Sequence record: PZ452578.1
DNA length: 64,000 nucleotides
Origin: a phage
Direction: 5' to 3' (one strand)
A program made the translations under genes and the position numbers. The notes beneath the pieces were generated by a model. That model was not told the origin of the DNA. It saw nothing but the letters and a program-made list of their open reading frames with translations, and did no database searches. Shown piece after piece: positions 42,031-51,982 of the stretch. Within the stretch, counting starts at the first letter, position 1; each line of letters starts with the position of its first letter.

Positions 42031-44295
42031 TCATAATTTACAGGATGAACAATCTTCAGCTTTTGGAGTTTCTATTTCATAATCATCAGTACCAGAACCA
42101 TCACGGGTATTATGATAATAGAAATTTTTTCCGCCAAAATACCAAAAATACAAAAGGTCATCAATCATTATTGACATTGGAACCTTTCCTTTTGGAAAAA
42201 TCTGTGGGTCATAATATGTATTCGCTGAAGCTGATTGACATACCCATTTCAGCATAATAGCTACCTGCGTAAGATAAGGTTTATTACCTTTCTTAGCTAA
42301 TTTCCATGTATAATCATAGAGGTCTATGTTATGCTCAATATTGGGCACGACTTGATTAAAGGAGCCCTCTTTTGATTCTTTAACAGAGACTGGTCCACGT
42401 GGAGGCTCGATACCGTTTGTACTGTTAGAAACTTGGGAAGATGACTCACATGGCATAAGTGCTGATAATGTGCTATTACGGATGCCAAAGAGCTTAAGGT
42501 CTTCCCGCAGCGACGACCAGTCACAAACGTATTTTGGAGCTGCGATTTGGTCAATCTTTTTATTGTACCAGTCGATAGGTAATTCGCCTCGAGACCAACG
42601 AGTGTCTGAATAATATTCACAAGGTCCTTTTTCTTTGGCGAGCTTAATGGATGCTTTAATGAGTCCATACTGTAATCTCTCAAATAGTTCATGTGTTAAA
42701 TCGTTAGCATCTTCATAAGAAGCAAAGTTACTTGCCAGCCAAGCTGCATAGTTAGTAACACCTACACCGAGGTTACGACGCTTTTTAGCTTTTTCTGCTT
42801 CAGGAACTGGATATCCTTGGTAATCCAAAAGATTATCAAGAGCACGAACTTGGACTTCTGCCAATTCATTAATTTTATCTTGGTCTTGCCAGTCAAAATT
42901 ATCCAGTACGAATGCAGAGAGAGTACACAATCCAATTTCAGCATCAGGACTATTCACATCATTTGTTGGAATAGCAATTTCACAGCACAAGTTACTCTGA
43001 CGAATAGGTGCCTTTTCACGAATAAACGGAGTATAGTTATTCGTATTATCAATGAACTGTACATAAATCCTTGCTGTTCCTGAACGTTCAGTCATGAGCA
43101 ATTCAAATAGTTCACGGGCTTTAATACGCTTTTTACGAATATTAGGGTCTTTTTCTGCTGCTTCATATAATTCACGGAAACGGTCTTGGTCTTTAAAATA
43201 AGAATAATAAAGCTCGCCACCCATTTCATGCGGACTGAACAAAGTAATGTAATCGTTCTTTCCGAATCGTTCCATCATCAAATCATTCAGTTGAACACCA
43301 TAATCCATATGACGAATGCGGTTTTCTTCTACGCCTTTGTTATTTTTCAAAACGAGAAGATTTTCAACTTCCAAATGCCAAATAGGATAATAAGCAGTAG
43401 CAGCGCCGCCACGAATTCCACCCTGTGAGCATGATTTAACAGCAGTCTGAAAATGTTTCCAAAAAGGAATAACACCAGTATGGCGTACTTCACCCATGCC
43501 AATCTTAGAACCTTCGGCACGAATCATACCAACGTTAATACCAATTCCAGCGCGTTTAGAGATATATTCTACAATCGAAGCGGAAGCCTTATTGATAGAC
43601 TTCAATGAATCACCTGCCTCAATAACAACGCATGAACTAAACTGCCGAGTCGGAGTACGGCAACCAGCCATAATAGGAGTTGGCAATGAAATCTGTCGAG
43701 TAGATACTGCTTCATAAAAACGGATAACGTGTTTTAGTCTATCAACAGGTTCATCTTGATGCAATGCCATTCCAATAGTCATAAATGCAAACTGCGGAGT
43801 TTCATAAATTTGACCAGTGGTTTTATCTTTAACTAGATATTTTTCTTTTAATTGCATCGCTCCGGAATAAGTAAATTCCATATCCCGCTCGTGCTTAATT
43901 TTTGATTCTAAAAATGTAATTTCTTCCGCAGAATATTTTGACAATAATTCAGGGTCATATTTACCTTCATTTACACAGTAAGAAATATGGTCAATAAATG
44001 AACGTGGTTCATACTGCCCATAAACATGCTTACGAAGAGCAAACATTAAACAGCGCGCAGCTACGTATTGATAATCAGGCTCTTCAACTGAAATAGAATT
44101 CGCAGCAGCCTTAATTACAATGGTTTGAATATCATCAGTTGTCATTCCATCACGGAGATAAGATTTAATATTTTCATATAATTCATAAGGATCTACTGAT
44201 GTTCCTTCAGCTGCCCAAGACAAAACTTTAATAATTTTTTGCGGGTCAAAGCTCTGAGAAACACCACTACTTTTGATAACATTAATTAATTGCAT
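42031..44295 (-). CDS. nrdA: Ribonucleotide reductase large subunit
   Basis: 754 aa, T4 NrdA length. Confidence 0.93.
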   Translation of the reverse strand: MQLINVIKSSGVSQSFDPQKIIKVLSWAAEGTSVDPYELYENIKSYLRDGMTTDDIQTIVIKAAANSISVEEPDYQYVAARCLMFALRKHVYGQYEPRSFIDHISYCVNEGKYDPELLSKYSAEEITFLESKIKHERDMEFTYSGAMQLKEKYLVKDKTTGQIYETPQFAFMTIGMALHQDEPVDRLKHVIRFYEAVSTRQISLPTPIMAGCRTPTRQFSSCVVIEAGDSLKSINKASASIVEYISKRAGIGINVGMIRAEGSKIGMGEVRHTGVIPFWKHFQTAVKSCSQGGIRGGAATAYYPIWHLEVENLLVLKNNKGVEENRIRHMDYGVQLNDLMMERFGKNDYITLFSPHEMGGELYYSYFKDQDRFRELYEAAEKDPNIRKKRIKARELFELLMTERSGTARIYVQFIDNTNNYTPFIREKAPIRQSNLCCEIAIPTNDVNSPDAEIGLCTLSAFVLDNFDWQDQDKINELAEVQVRALDNLLDYQGYPVPEAEKAKKRRNLGVGVTNYAAWLASNFASYEDANDLTHELFERLQYGLIKASIKLAKEKGPCEYYSDTRWSRGELPIDWYNKKIDQIAAPKYVCDWSSLREDLKLFGIRNSTLSALMPCESSSQVSNSTNGIEPPRGPVSVKESKEGSFNQVVPNIEHNIDLYDYTWKLAKKGNKPYLTQVAIMLKWVCQSASANTYYDPQIFPKGKVPMSIMIDDLLYFWYFGGKNFYYHNTRDGSGTDDYEIETPKAEDCSSCKL

Positions 44296-44612
44296 AAGTC
44301 CTCAACTTGAAAATCGTCTTTAAACAATCGGTTAACTATATGAGCTATTATATCACCATGACACGGCTTTGGTTTACATGTGCATCCTAGCCTCATTCCA
44401 CGTAAAGGCTCTAAATGTGCTTTAGTTATTTCTCCGGATTTAATTCGACGTATAAAATCTTTTTTGAATAATTCAATGGCAGCCTCCCGGCTGCCAGCAT
44501 CTTTACCGACGTAATTTCCCCAAAATGTACCACGGTGAATATTAACATCAAAGTCGGATTTATATTTATTCACTACCTGGCATAGACGGCCCGCGCGGTG
44601 ATAATTCGTCAT
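44286..44612 (-). CDS. Hypothetical protein with Cys/His cluster
   Basis: 108 aa; C-terminal [12 protein letters not shown] cluster; overlaps the nrdA start. Confidence 0.7.
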   Translation of the reverse strand: MTNYHRAGRLCQVVNKYKSDFDVNIHRGTFWGNYVGKDAGSREAAIELFKKDFIRRIKSGEITKAHLEPLRGMRLGCTCKPKPCHGDIIAHIVNRLFKDDFQVEDLCN

Positions 44613-44841
44613 ATTGTTTTTCCGTTAAAACAGTAATATCATAGTAACAATCTGAAGAAGTTTTAACTGTAGAAATTTTATTATCAAAATACTCACGAGT
44701 CATTTTATGAGTATAATATTTTTTGCCATAAATGATAATAGGCTGATTTGGTCCTGGAACTTCTAACTCGCTTGGATTAGGAAGTGTAAAAAGAACGACA
44801 CCAGAAGTATCTTTAAATCGTAAAATCATATATCCTCGCAA
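44566..44841 (-). CDS. Hypothetical protein
   Basis: 91 aa ORF between td and nrdA. Confidence 0.65.
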   Translation of the reverse strand: MRGYMILRFKDTSGVVLFTLPNPSELEVPGPNQPIIIYGKKYYTHKMTREYFDNKISTVKTSSDCYYDITVLTEKQYDELSPRGPSMPGSE

Positions 44842-44852
44842 TTAAATTAAAA

Positions 44853-45713
44853 TTATACCGCCATTTTTCCTTTCAAGACACCGTGGGACTGATAATCTTT
44901 GAGAACGAAATCTTTAGGCCTGAGTTTAAGAATGTATTCCAATTGTTCTTTAGTAGAAAGATAGCGGAATTTATAAGGCAATCCGCCTATTACCAGTTCA
45001 CAAAGCTCTTTAGGTTCACGACGCAAAATTTCTTTACACTGTTCTACGTGATTCATATAGATATGAGTATTACCGCCAGAAAATATCAAATCTCCAGGAA
45101 TAAGATTACACATCTTAGCTACAATATGAACTAACGCAGCATATGATGCAATATTAAATGGAAGACCGAGGAAAACATCTACCGAACGTTGATACCACTG
45201 CAAATCTAAATAGCCATTACGCACATTAAACTGATAGAACATATGACAAGGCGGTAATGCCATATATTTAAGTTCAGCTGGATTCCACGCAGAAACAATT
45301 TGACGCCTATCATTTGGCAGTTTTTTAATACGATCAACAACTTCTATAATTTGGTCTACACCGCCAAAATCACGCCACTGTTTTCCATAAATTGGACCAA
45401 GTTCACCGCTATGGTATCCTAAATCTTTTGCCTGATTTTCGTAATTTTCATCCCAGACTGTTTTGCCTTGGATTAACGAATCGTGTTGAATTAATCGTAA
45501 ATCATTAACATTTGTGCTTCCTGATAAAAACCATATTAGCTCAGCAATGCATGCATTCCAGGCGAGCTTTTTAGTTGTTACTGCAGGAAAGCCTTTAGTT
45601 AAATCCCAACGCAATTTAGTACCGAACAGAGCAATTGTTCCTGTGCCCGTTCGGTCATCGGTTTCATAGCCATTTTCAAAAATGTCTTTAATTAAATCTT
45701 GGTATTGTTTCAT
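44853..45713 (-). CDS. td: Thymidylate synthase, uninterrupted
   Basis: 286 aa continuous ORF, T4 TS length; active-site region ALPPCH present. Confidence 0.93.
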   Translation of the reverse strand: MKQYQDLIKDIFENGYETDDRTGTGTIALFGTKLRWDLTKGFPAVTTKKLAWNACIAELIWFLSGSTNVNDLRLIQHDSLIQGKTVWDENYENQAKDLGYHSGELGPIYGKQWRDFGGVDQIIEVVDRIKKLPNDRRQIVSAWNPAELKYMALPPCHMFYQFNVRNGYLDLQWYQRSVDVFLGLPFNIASYAALVHIVAKMCNLIPGDLIFSGGNTHIYMNHVEQCKEILRREPKELCELVIGGLPYKFRYLSTKEQLEYILKLRPKDFVLKDYQSHGVLKGKMAV

Positions 45714-45758
45714 TTAGTACCTTATATAAATTATAATACATTTTATGAAGCTAAATAA

Positions 45759-46106
45759 TCAATACGGTTTAGCATCAAATTTTCTCTCAATTTCAGGTGT
45801 GAAATATAATTCTTTACCACGTTTGGAAAAGCGACCAATAATATGATAATTATTCTCATCAAACGTAATATTACCAATATCCATAGCTTTCAACCAAATA
45901 TCGATATTTCTATCCAGCTTTATGTCAAAATTCCAATACAGAGAACTATTACCGAAAATACTGCAAGCGGATTCAGTGAAACAACTGCTATAAATCTTGT
46001 CTTTAGGAACTACTAATTGATAGACACCTTTAATAAACTGAGGACCCTGCCACTTTGGCTGTTTCTCGTCTTTTTCTAATAGAATAGGGTAATAATTAAA
46101 ATTCAT
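45759..46106 (-). CDS. Hypothetical protein between td and frd
   Basis: 115 aa ORF flanked by AT-rich spacers; no motif recognised. Confidence 0.6.
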   Translation of the reverse strand: MNFNYYPILLEKDEKQPKWQGPQFIKGVYQLVVPKDKIYSSCFTESACSIFGNSSLYWNFDIKLDRNIDIWLKAMDIGNITFDENNYHIIGRFSKRGKELYFTPEIERKFDAKPY

Positions 46107-46125
46107 ATTTCCGCCACGCGTTATT

Positions 46126-46710
<585 letters not shown>

Positions 46711-46965
46711 TCAAAACCCCCTTTCAATAAACCATTCAGTGGCTTTATTAGCATCAAAGAATAATTCTTCATATGTCTTTTCTTTGTTTTCAAAAACTGT
46801 CACACAAACACGTTGACATTCTCCACAGTATTCTTCTGACATACTTAAAGCGTCAGAAAACATTTCTTTAAATTCATTTAAATCAGGATTATGCAATGCG
46901 TTAAAAATTGCATAATCGAATTCATCATTCATAAATTCAAATACAAAAATCATATTACCTCCCAC
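46711..46965 (-). CDS. Hypothetical protein
   Basis: 84 aa ORF with Cys pairs (CGEC...C). Confidence 0.65.
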   Translation of the reverse strand: MGGNMIFVFEFMNDEFDYAIFNALHNPDLNEFKEMFSDALSMSEEYCGECQRVCVTVFENKEKTYEELFFDANKATEWFIERGF

Positions 46966-47309
46966 TGAAAGGGGCCAGAAGCAAATCCGCTATCTTTAAT
47001 CATTTTAACTAAAGTTACCATTCCTCTGTTAACTGCTTGTGAGATTTCATCAAAAACTTCATCACTATCACCATAAAGATCGCTAAAAAGTTCTAACACG
47101 TTCTTCTGAACTTTTAATTTACAGCCAACAAATTCGCCTACAGTAAATTCGTTTCCGCCAACTCCAGCGTAAAACGTAATTACACCAGTTAATGGTCTTT
47201 CACTAGAACATAGGTCGTGTGATAAATTAATATAAGCCGTCCCGGGTGCAGTTTTAAGTTGGCAACGAATACTTACTCGAGCAATTCCAGCTACACGAAT
47301 GTCAGACAT
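46950..47309 (-). CDS. Hypothetical protein
   Basis: 119 aa ORF. Confidence 0.65.
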   Translation of the reverse strand: MSDIRVAGIARVSIRCQLKTAPGTAYINLSHDLCSSERPLTGVITFYAGVGGNEFTVGEFVGCKLKVQKNVLELFSDLYGDSDEVFDEISQAVNRGMVTLVKMIKDSGFASGPFQWEVI

Positions 47310-47319
47310 ATTATTTTCC

Positions 47320-47562
47320 TCAAACAGACTTTTTCACAATTTTCCAATCAGCTTTAAACTGCTCGACGTCAGAATGGTAAATCCAAAATCCTGCGCTTTC
47401 TCCATCCTCATAAAGAGGGCATCCATCACATTCATCTTCCCACCCCATATCGCGTAAAAGGTGTTCAGCTTTTTCAACAAGTTCAGAATCTTTACCGATG
47501 ATATTATAATACCATTTACCTCTAACTTCCGAGTCTTTGATGCTCTGACGTTGTAATCTCAT
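47320..47562 (-). CDS. Hypothetical protein
   Basis: 80 aa ORF. Confidence 0.65.
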   Translation of the reverse strand: MRLQRQSIKDSEVRGKWYYNIIGKDSELVEKAEHLLRDMGWEDECDGCPLYEDGESAGFWIYHSDVEQFKADWKIVKKSV

Positions 47563-47619
47563 TTTATTCTCCTCAAGTTGATAAGGCTATAGTATCATTA
47601 CCATAGCCTGTTGTAACAT

Positions 47620-47847
47620 TTATTTTTGGATTAAGCCCATATAAAATTTAGCATCTTCAGGATACATGCCATCACAATACTCATTGGTCATAAAACTAAT
47701 AAGGTCTTCAAGAGGACCTTGGACCTCAATTTGAATACTAAAGAATTGGGTATCTTTAATGTAAGCCATACTCAAAGAAGGATAACGATTGCGGATAACT
47801 TCGTAAGTGTATTCAAAATCAACAATATCAATATTAACCTTAGCCAT
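47620..47847 (-). CDS. Small early protein, paralog A
   Basis: 75 aa from the [13 protein letters not shown] start (RBS GAGGA); paralog of the ORF at 48334-48564. Confidence 0.7.
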   Translation of the reverse strand: MAKVNIDIVDFEYTYEVIRNRYPSLSMAYIKDTQFFSIQIEVQGPLEDLISFMTNEYCDGMYPEDAKFYMGLIQK

Positions 47848-47876
47848 TTTATTTTCCTCATGTAGTTGATAGGGTA

Positions 47877-47906
47877 ATAGTATCACACTACTACCCTTAC
47901 TGTAAA
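47877..47906 (-). promoter_or_regulatory. Sigma70-like early promoter (-35 TTTACA, 18 bp, -10 TACTAT)
   Basis: Minus strand GTTTACAGTAAGGGTAGTAGTGTGATACTAT upstream of paralog A. Confidence 0.6.
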
Positions 47907-48287
47907 CTACTTTTTGAAAGTTTTTCGCAAAAGTTCAATGATTTCATCTACATTGTTTTCATCTACAATGCAGTGAATTTTTGTTACGCCAGAAACCTTG
48001 TCTTTGACTTCAACTTCTTCAGAAGTCGGTTCTTTATACTCACGAAAACAATGAAATTCGTCTTCGCAAATTTCTAAAAGTCTATCTTTGAGGTAAAAAT
48101 GCTTTCCATTTGCGCATTCAATGTGTTTTACTGCTTTATATCCATTAGCGACGGAAACTTCTTTAACTTCAAACCATCCGCCATTATCTCGAATCGCTTT
48201 AACTATTGATGAATTAGAACGTGGGCTATAATTAATAAATGTATCAATAAGTCTTGGAACAAGCTCATACTTTTTACCGGTATACAT
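47907..48287 (-). CDS. Hypothetical protein
   Basis: 126 aa ORF between the two paralogs. Confidence 0.65.
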   Translation of the reverse strand: MYTGKKYELVPRLIDTFINYSPRSNSSIVKAIRDNGGWFEVKEVSVANGYKAVKHIECANGKHFYLKDRLLEICEDEFHCFREYKEPTSEEVEVKDKVSGVTKIHCIVDENNVDEIIELLRKTFKK

Positions 48288-48333
48288 TACGTTTTCCTCA
48301 TTTTAATAGGGGCTGTAATAGCCCCCTCGATAA

Positions 48334-48564
48334 TTATTGTTCAATCAGTCCCATGTAAAATTCTGCGTCTTCAGAATCCATGCCATCACAATATTCATTA
48401 GCCATAAAGCGGGTAAGGTCTTCAAGAGGACCTTCAATGACAATAGAAAAATTGCAATAATTGGGATCATCATGAATACTTGTGATACTAAGTTCAGGAT
48501 AACGATTACGAATAATTTCTTCGATATATTCAAAATCAACGATGTCAATATCAACTTTAGCCAT
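48334..48564 (-). CDS. Small early protein, paralog B
   Basis: 76 aa from the [13 protein letters not shown] start (RBS AAAGAGGAA); shared motifs with paralog A. Confidence 0.7.
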   Translation of the reverse strand: MAKVDIDIVDFEYIEEIIRNRYPELSITSIHDDPNYCNFSIVIEGPLEDLTRFMANEYCDGMDSEDAEFYMGLIEQ

Positions 48565-48607
48565 ATTATTTTCCTCTTTAATCATCAGCAGTATTGCCGA
48601 TAGTTGT

Positions 48608-48636
48608 ATAGTACCATGGAAGAACAGGGATGTAAA
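48608..48636 (-). promoter_or_regulatory. Sigma70-like early promoter (-35 TTTACA, 17 bp, -10 TACTAT)
   Basis: Minus strand GTTTACATCCCTGTTCTTCCATGGTACTAT, just downstream of the gene 32 terminator. Confidence 0.65.
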
Positions 48637-48668
48637 CAGTTTTGTGAAAAAATTTTTGAAATAAAAAA

Positions 48669-48695
48669 GGGGACCCTAGAGGTCCCCAATTAATT
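48669..48695 (-). terminator. Rho-independent terminator after gene 32
   Basis: GGGGACC-TCTA-GGGTCCCC hairpin followed by TTTTTTAT on the minus strand. Confidence 0.85.
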
Positions 48696-48709
48696 AGTAA
48701 TATAATCTA

Positions 48710-49618
48710 TTAAAGGTCATTCAAAAGGTCATCCAGGTCCGTGTCATCAGCACTAGATGAACTGCCAGAGCTTGAGCTCATAAAATCATCTTCAGTTTTT
48801 GTATTGAAGTCATCAACATTGAATGCATCCAAATCATCAGCAACTTTATCAGCTTTCTTAGCAGCAGTTGCAGCGGCACCGCCCATCACAGCAGTTCCCA
48901 TAACTTGACCGAATTTAGTATTCAGTTCTTCAAACGATTTGAATTTATCTTTAGAAGTCATTTCAGAAAGGTCAACCATTTGTTCGAACAGTTCTTTCTG
49001 GAAAGATTCATCATCAATGTTTGGAATCGCAGATTGATTCAGGAATTTAGATTCGTCGTAGTTACTAAAACCAGAAACTTGTTTAACTTTCAGTACAAAG
49101 TTAGCACCTTCCCATGGACAAGTTACATCAACCGGAGTTTCACCCATTTCAACATCAACCGCAATCATCGCGTTGATTTTATCCCAGATTTTCTTACCGA
49201 AACGGTATTTAAATACTTTACCTTCGTTTTCTGGAGCAGCTGGGTCTTTTACTACAAGAATGTTAGCCCAGTAAGAAGTTTTACGTTTAACAAGACCGTA
49301 CTCTTTATTGTCAGTGTTGTACAAATCATTTTTACTGATGTACTGACATACTGGACAAGAATCGTAATCACCGTGGGTAGATGAACAGTTTTCAATATAC
49401 CATTTACCATTTTTCTTGAAACCGTGATTTACAAGAATTGCGAATGGTGCTTGTTCATCATTTTTAGACGGAAGAAAACGAATTACTGCTTGACCGTTAC
49501 CCGCATTATCGAGTTTCAGTTTCCACTCGCCTTTATCTTCAGAAGAAAAACCACCCTTATTTCCAGCCAGTTTAGCCATTTGTGCAGCGAGTTCAGCAGT
49601 AGATTTACGTTTAAACAT
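48710..49618 (-). CDS. 32: Single-stranded DNA-binding protein gp32
   Basis: 302 aa; sequence recognised as T4 gp32 including the zinc-site region and acidic Ser/Asp-rich C-terminus. Confidence 0.95.
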   Translation of the reverse strand: MFKRKSTAELAAQMAKLAGNKGGFSSEDKGEWKLKLDNAGNGQAVIRFLPSKNDEQAPFAILVNHGFKKNGKWYIENCSSTHGDYDSCPVCQYISKNDLYNTDNKEYGLVKRKTSYWANILVVKDPAAPENEGKVFKYRFGKKIWDKINAMIAVDVEMGETPVDVTCPWEGANFVLKVKQVSGFSNYDESKFLNQSAIPNIDDESFQKELFEQMVDLSEMTSKDKFKSFEELNTKFGQVMGTAVMGGAAATAAKKADKVADDLDAFNVDDFNTKTEDDFMSSSSGSSSSADDTDLDDLLNDL

Positions 49619-49680
49619 TTTTATTTCCTTTTAATTTAATTAACAGTTGGTGCTATGACGATGTATGACCTCATAGCTGG
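49619..49680 (-). promoter_or_regulatory. Gene 32 mRNA leader: hairpin plus AU-rich unstructured tract
   Basis: Minus strand GCUAUGA-GGUCAUACAUCG-UCAUAGC hairpin followed by AACUGUUAAUUAAAUUAAAAGGAAAUAAAAUG. Confidence 0.6.
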
Positions 49681-49700
49681 TCAGTGAGATAATTATAATC

Positions 49701-49708
49701 TATTTATA
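49701..49708 (-). promoter_or_regulatory. T4-type late promoter TATAAATA upstream of gene 32
   Basis: Reverse complement of TATTTATA about 80 nt upstream of the gene 32 ATG. Confidence 0.5.
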
Positions 49709-49716
49709 ATAAGCAA

Positions 49717-50370
49717 TTAATACTTACAAGATTTCACAGTTTCAATGAAAACACTTTTAGCTTTCTGTGAATCAATATTTAAAATTTTTCTATAAGCTTT
49801 TAACTTTATAGAATAATTATTCCAAACTAAATTATCAGTCTGTTCATCATGTTTATCAATTATATTTAAAAACGAATCAAGTAAGATAAATGTCTCAAAC
49901 GAAATTATATTCGATTGAAGCAGTTTAAAAATATAACTTGACTGAACCTTTGGATTATATTCAAAGATTTCTTTAAAAGCAGAAACTTCAACTTTCTTAC
50001 TAAAATAATAAATGTTGCGAATATCTTCTTCAAACTTAAATTTAATTTGCTTTAAGCGTCCGATATATTCACGATAAAACACAAGTGCATCAGCGTCAGA
50101 GATGTCACCAATCCAAGCATCTTGGTTAGCAACAAGATTGCTTATAAAGATTAAAGCAAGTTCCTTTAATTTATATTTTTCTGATAACTTCTGGAAAAAA
50201 TACTTATCCCTTCGCTTTTGATAAGCGGCATCAGACACCCGCATGCACCAATTATACTTAATTACATCATACTTTCCATTCATATGTTGTTTTATCATTA
50301 AGTATAATTTATAAACTGATTTACCATCAATGTATCTTTCACCACCAGCAGGCATGCGGAGTTTAATCAT
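49717..50370 (-). CDS. 59: Helicase loader gp59
   Basis: 217 aa, T4 gp59 length; position between 33 and 32. Confidence 0.88.
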   Translation of the reverse strand: MIKLRMPAGGERYIDGKSVYKLYLMIKQHMNGKYDVIKYNWCMRVSDAAYQKRRDKYFFQKLSEKYKLKELALIFISNLVANQDAWIGDISDADALVFYREYIGRLKQIKFKFEEDIRNIYYFSKKVEVSAFKEIFEYNPKVQSSYIFKLLQSNIISFETFILLDSFLNIIDKHDEQTDNLVWNNYSIKLKAYRKILNIDSQKAKSVFIETVKSCKY

Positions 50371-50705
50371 AGCAGAAAATCTAATGTATTAGTTTTTTCA
50401 CAACGAACAACAGAAGGACGTAAAAGATTTTCGTCAATGGCTTCTGACTGAATTTTTTCAATTATACCCGAAGGAATAAATTTAGCAAATTGAGTTTCAG
50501 GAATAGAGTTTTCTTCCAAGAATGCTGTCGTAGCTTCAAGATAACTCATTCCAAACTCTTCTACCATTTTTTCAATAATAAATCCATTTTCTTGACGATC
50601 AAGAAGCTTTGCTATTTCATCCTTTTCTTTCTTAATTGAAAGTTCTTTTTCTGAAAGACCGGTCTCATCGACCGGACGAATATCATTTAGAGAAAACTGT
50701 GTCAT
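50367..50705 (-). CDS. 33: Late transcription co-activator gp33
   Basis: ORF track gives 115 aa; the ATG at 50705 (MTQFSLND) gives 112 aa, the T4 gp33 length. Confidence 0.85.
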   Translation of the reverse strand: MTQFSLNDIRPVDETGLSEKELSIKKEKDEIAKLLDRQENGFIIEKMVEEFGMSYLEATTAFLEENSIPETQFAKFIPSGIIEKIQSEAIDENLLRPSVVRCEKTNTLDFLL

Positions 50706-50952
50706 AAAGTTCAACTACCTCTTCAGTTTCAGCTTCAAACACATCACGATTATCTTTATGATACAAAGCTAATAGACGATTAAACATCTTACCATCAACG
50801 CCAAGTTCATCTTTGGCACGAATTCGAATATCTTTAATCAGTTCATTATAACCGGAAATTTTCAGTTTATGATCAGATGCTTCTTTAATAAATTTAGCTA
50901 AGTCTTCGCCGTGGATAGCTTCATCAAATTCAACCATTTCTTTTTTAGCCAT
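50683..50952 (-). CDS. dsbA: Double-stranded DNA-binding protein
   Basis: 89 aa, T4 DsbA length; overlaps the gene 33 start. Confidence 0.85.
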   Translation of the reverse strand: MAKKEMVEFDEAIHGEDLAKFIKEASDHKLKISGYNELIKDIRIRAKDELGVDGKMFNRLLALYHKDNRDVFEAETEEVVELYDTVFSK

Positions 50953-50960
50953 TATTCACC

Positions 50961-51878
50961 TCAAAATTCATTAATGCTATTAGTTAATTTAGAAAGACCC
51001 GCTTTTACAAAATATGAATAAATTTTGCCACGCGGTGGTAATTTATATGAATTATAGTAATTCACAATGTTTGAAGCAATATTATCAGGAATATAATCAA
51101 AATCAATTAGAACTAAATTTTCTTTATAACGATTATATTCAGATTCTGTGAGAAGCACCTTAGCTTGCTCACGGTCATTAGCAATAGCTTCAACGATTGA
51201 AGTTTTCATTGAAGGAGTTCGTTCACCTTCAACTCTGGTAAACCAAAAGTCAGATCGTACTTTAACTGAAGCAACGTTATCCTTTTTGTCGCCTTTAAGG
51301 ATTTTAGTCATACAGTCAATTTCAGCAGAACCGCTTTTAATTTTAACCCATTTCTTATGCATCGGTGACCATTGCTTAACATTTGGATATTTGTGAAGCT
51401 GTGTAAAGTCACCATCCGATGAAATGATTAAAATCTTGTGTCCTTCTAAAGAGAACTTTTTAACAAGAACAGCAATGTGGTCATCTGCTTCATACTTATC
51501 AATATCCATAACAATGTATGGCATATAAGCTTTTAATTCATCTATAACTTTGTGGCTGGATTCAAAATAACCTTCCCAGTCCCAAGTCGATTCTTCTCGT
51601 GCTTTTCCACGGTTTTTCTTGTAATAATACGCGAAATCACGACGCCAGTATCCAGATTTCGCGTTATCAATACACAGTACAATTTTAGTGTATCCAAGCG
51701 TTTTTGCTTTTTTGACATTAAACTTAATTGAGTTCAATATCAAATGACGAACCATTGATAAATTAATTTTTTCTTTATCTGGGAAGTTTACCAGAGCAGT
51801 TGAAAGCGCAATTTGACTAAAGTCAATAAAGCAAATTCCTTCTTTGTAATCTTCATCCAGCATCATTTCTAAATCCAT
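50961..51878 (-). CDS. rnh: RNase H (5'-3' exonuclease / flap endonuclease)
   Basis: ORF track gives 310 aa; the ATG at 51878 (MDLEMMLD, RBS GAGG) gives 305 aa, the T4 RNase H length. Confidence 0.9.
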   Translation of the reverse strand: MDLEMMLDEDYKEGICFIDFSQIALSTALVNFPDKEKINLSMVRHLILNSIKFNVKKAKTLGYTKIVLCIDNAKSGYWRRDFAYYYKKNRGKAREESTWDWEGYFESSHKVIDELKAYMPYIVMDIDKYEADDHIAVLVKKFSLEGHKILIISSDGDFTQLHKYPNVKQWSPMHKKWVKIKSGSAEIDCMTKILKGDKKDNVASVKVRSDFWFTRVEGERTPSMKTSIVEAIANDREQAKVLLTESEYNRYKENLVLIDFDYIPDNIASNIVNYYNSYKLPPRGKIYSYFVKAGLSKLTNSINEF

Positions 51879-51940
51879 ATGAACCTCGTTCAATTAGTGA
51901 GATTTCTATTATATACCATCCAAATCTTAAAGTAAACAAG

Positions 51941-51948
51941 TATAAATA
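51941..51948 (+). promoter_or_regulatory. T4-type late promoter TATAAATA for gene 34
   Basis: Exact octamer 35 nt upstream of the ATG at 51983. Confidence 0.65.
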
Positions 51949-51982
51949 CTTATTATTGAAAACACAATAGGAGCCCGGGAGA

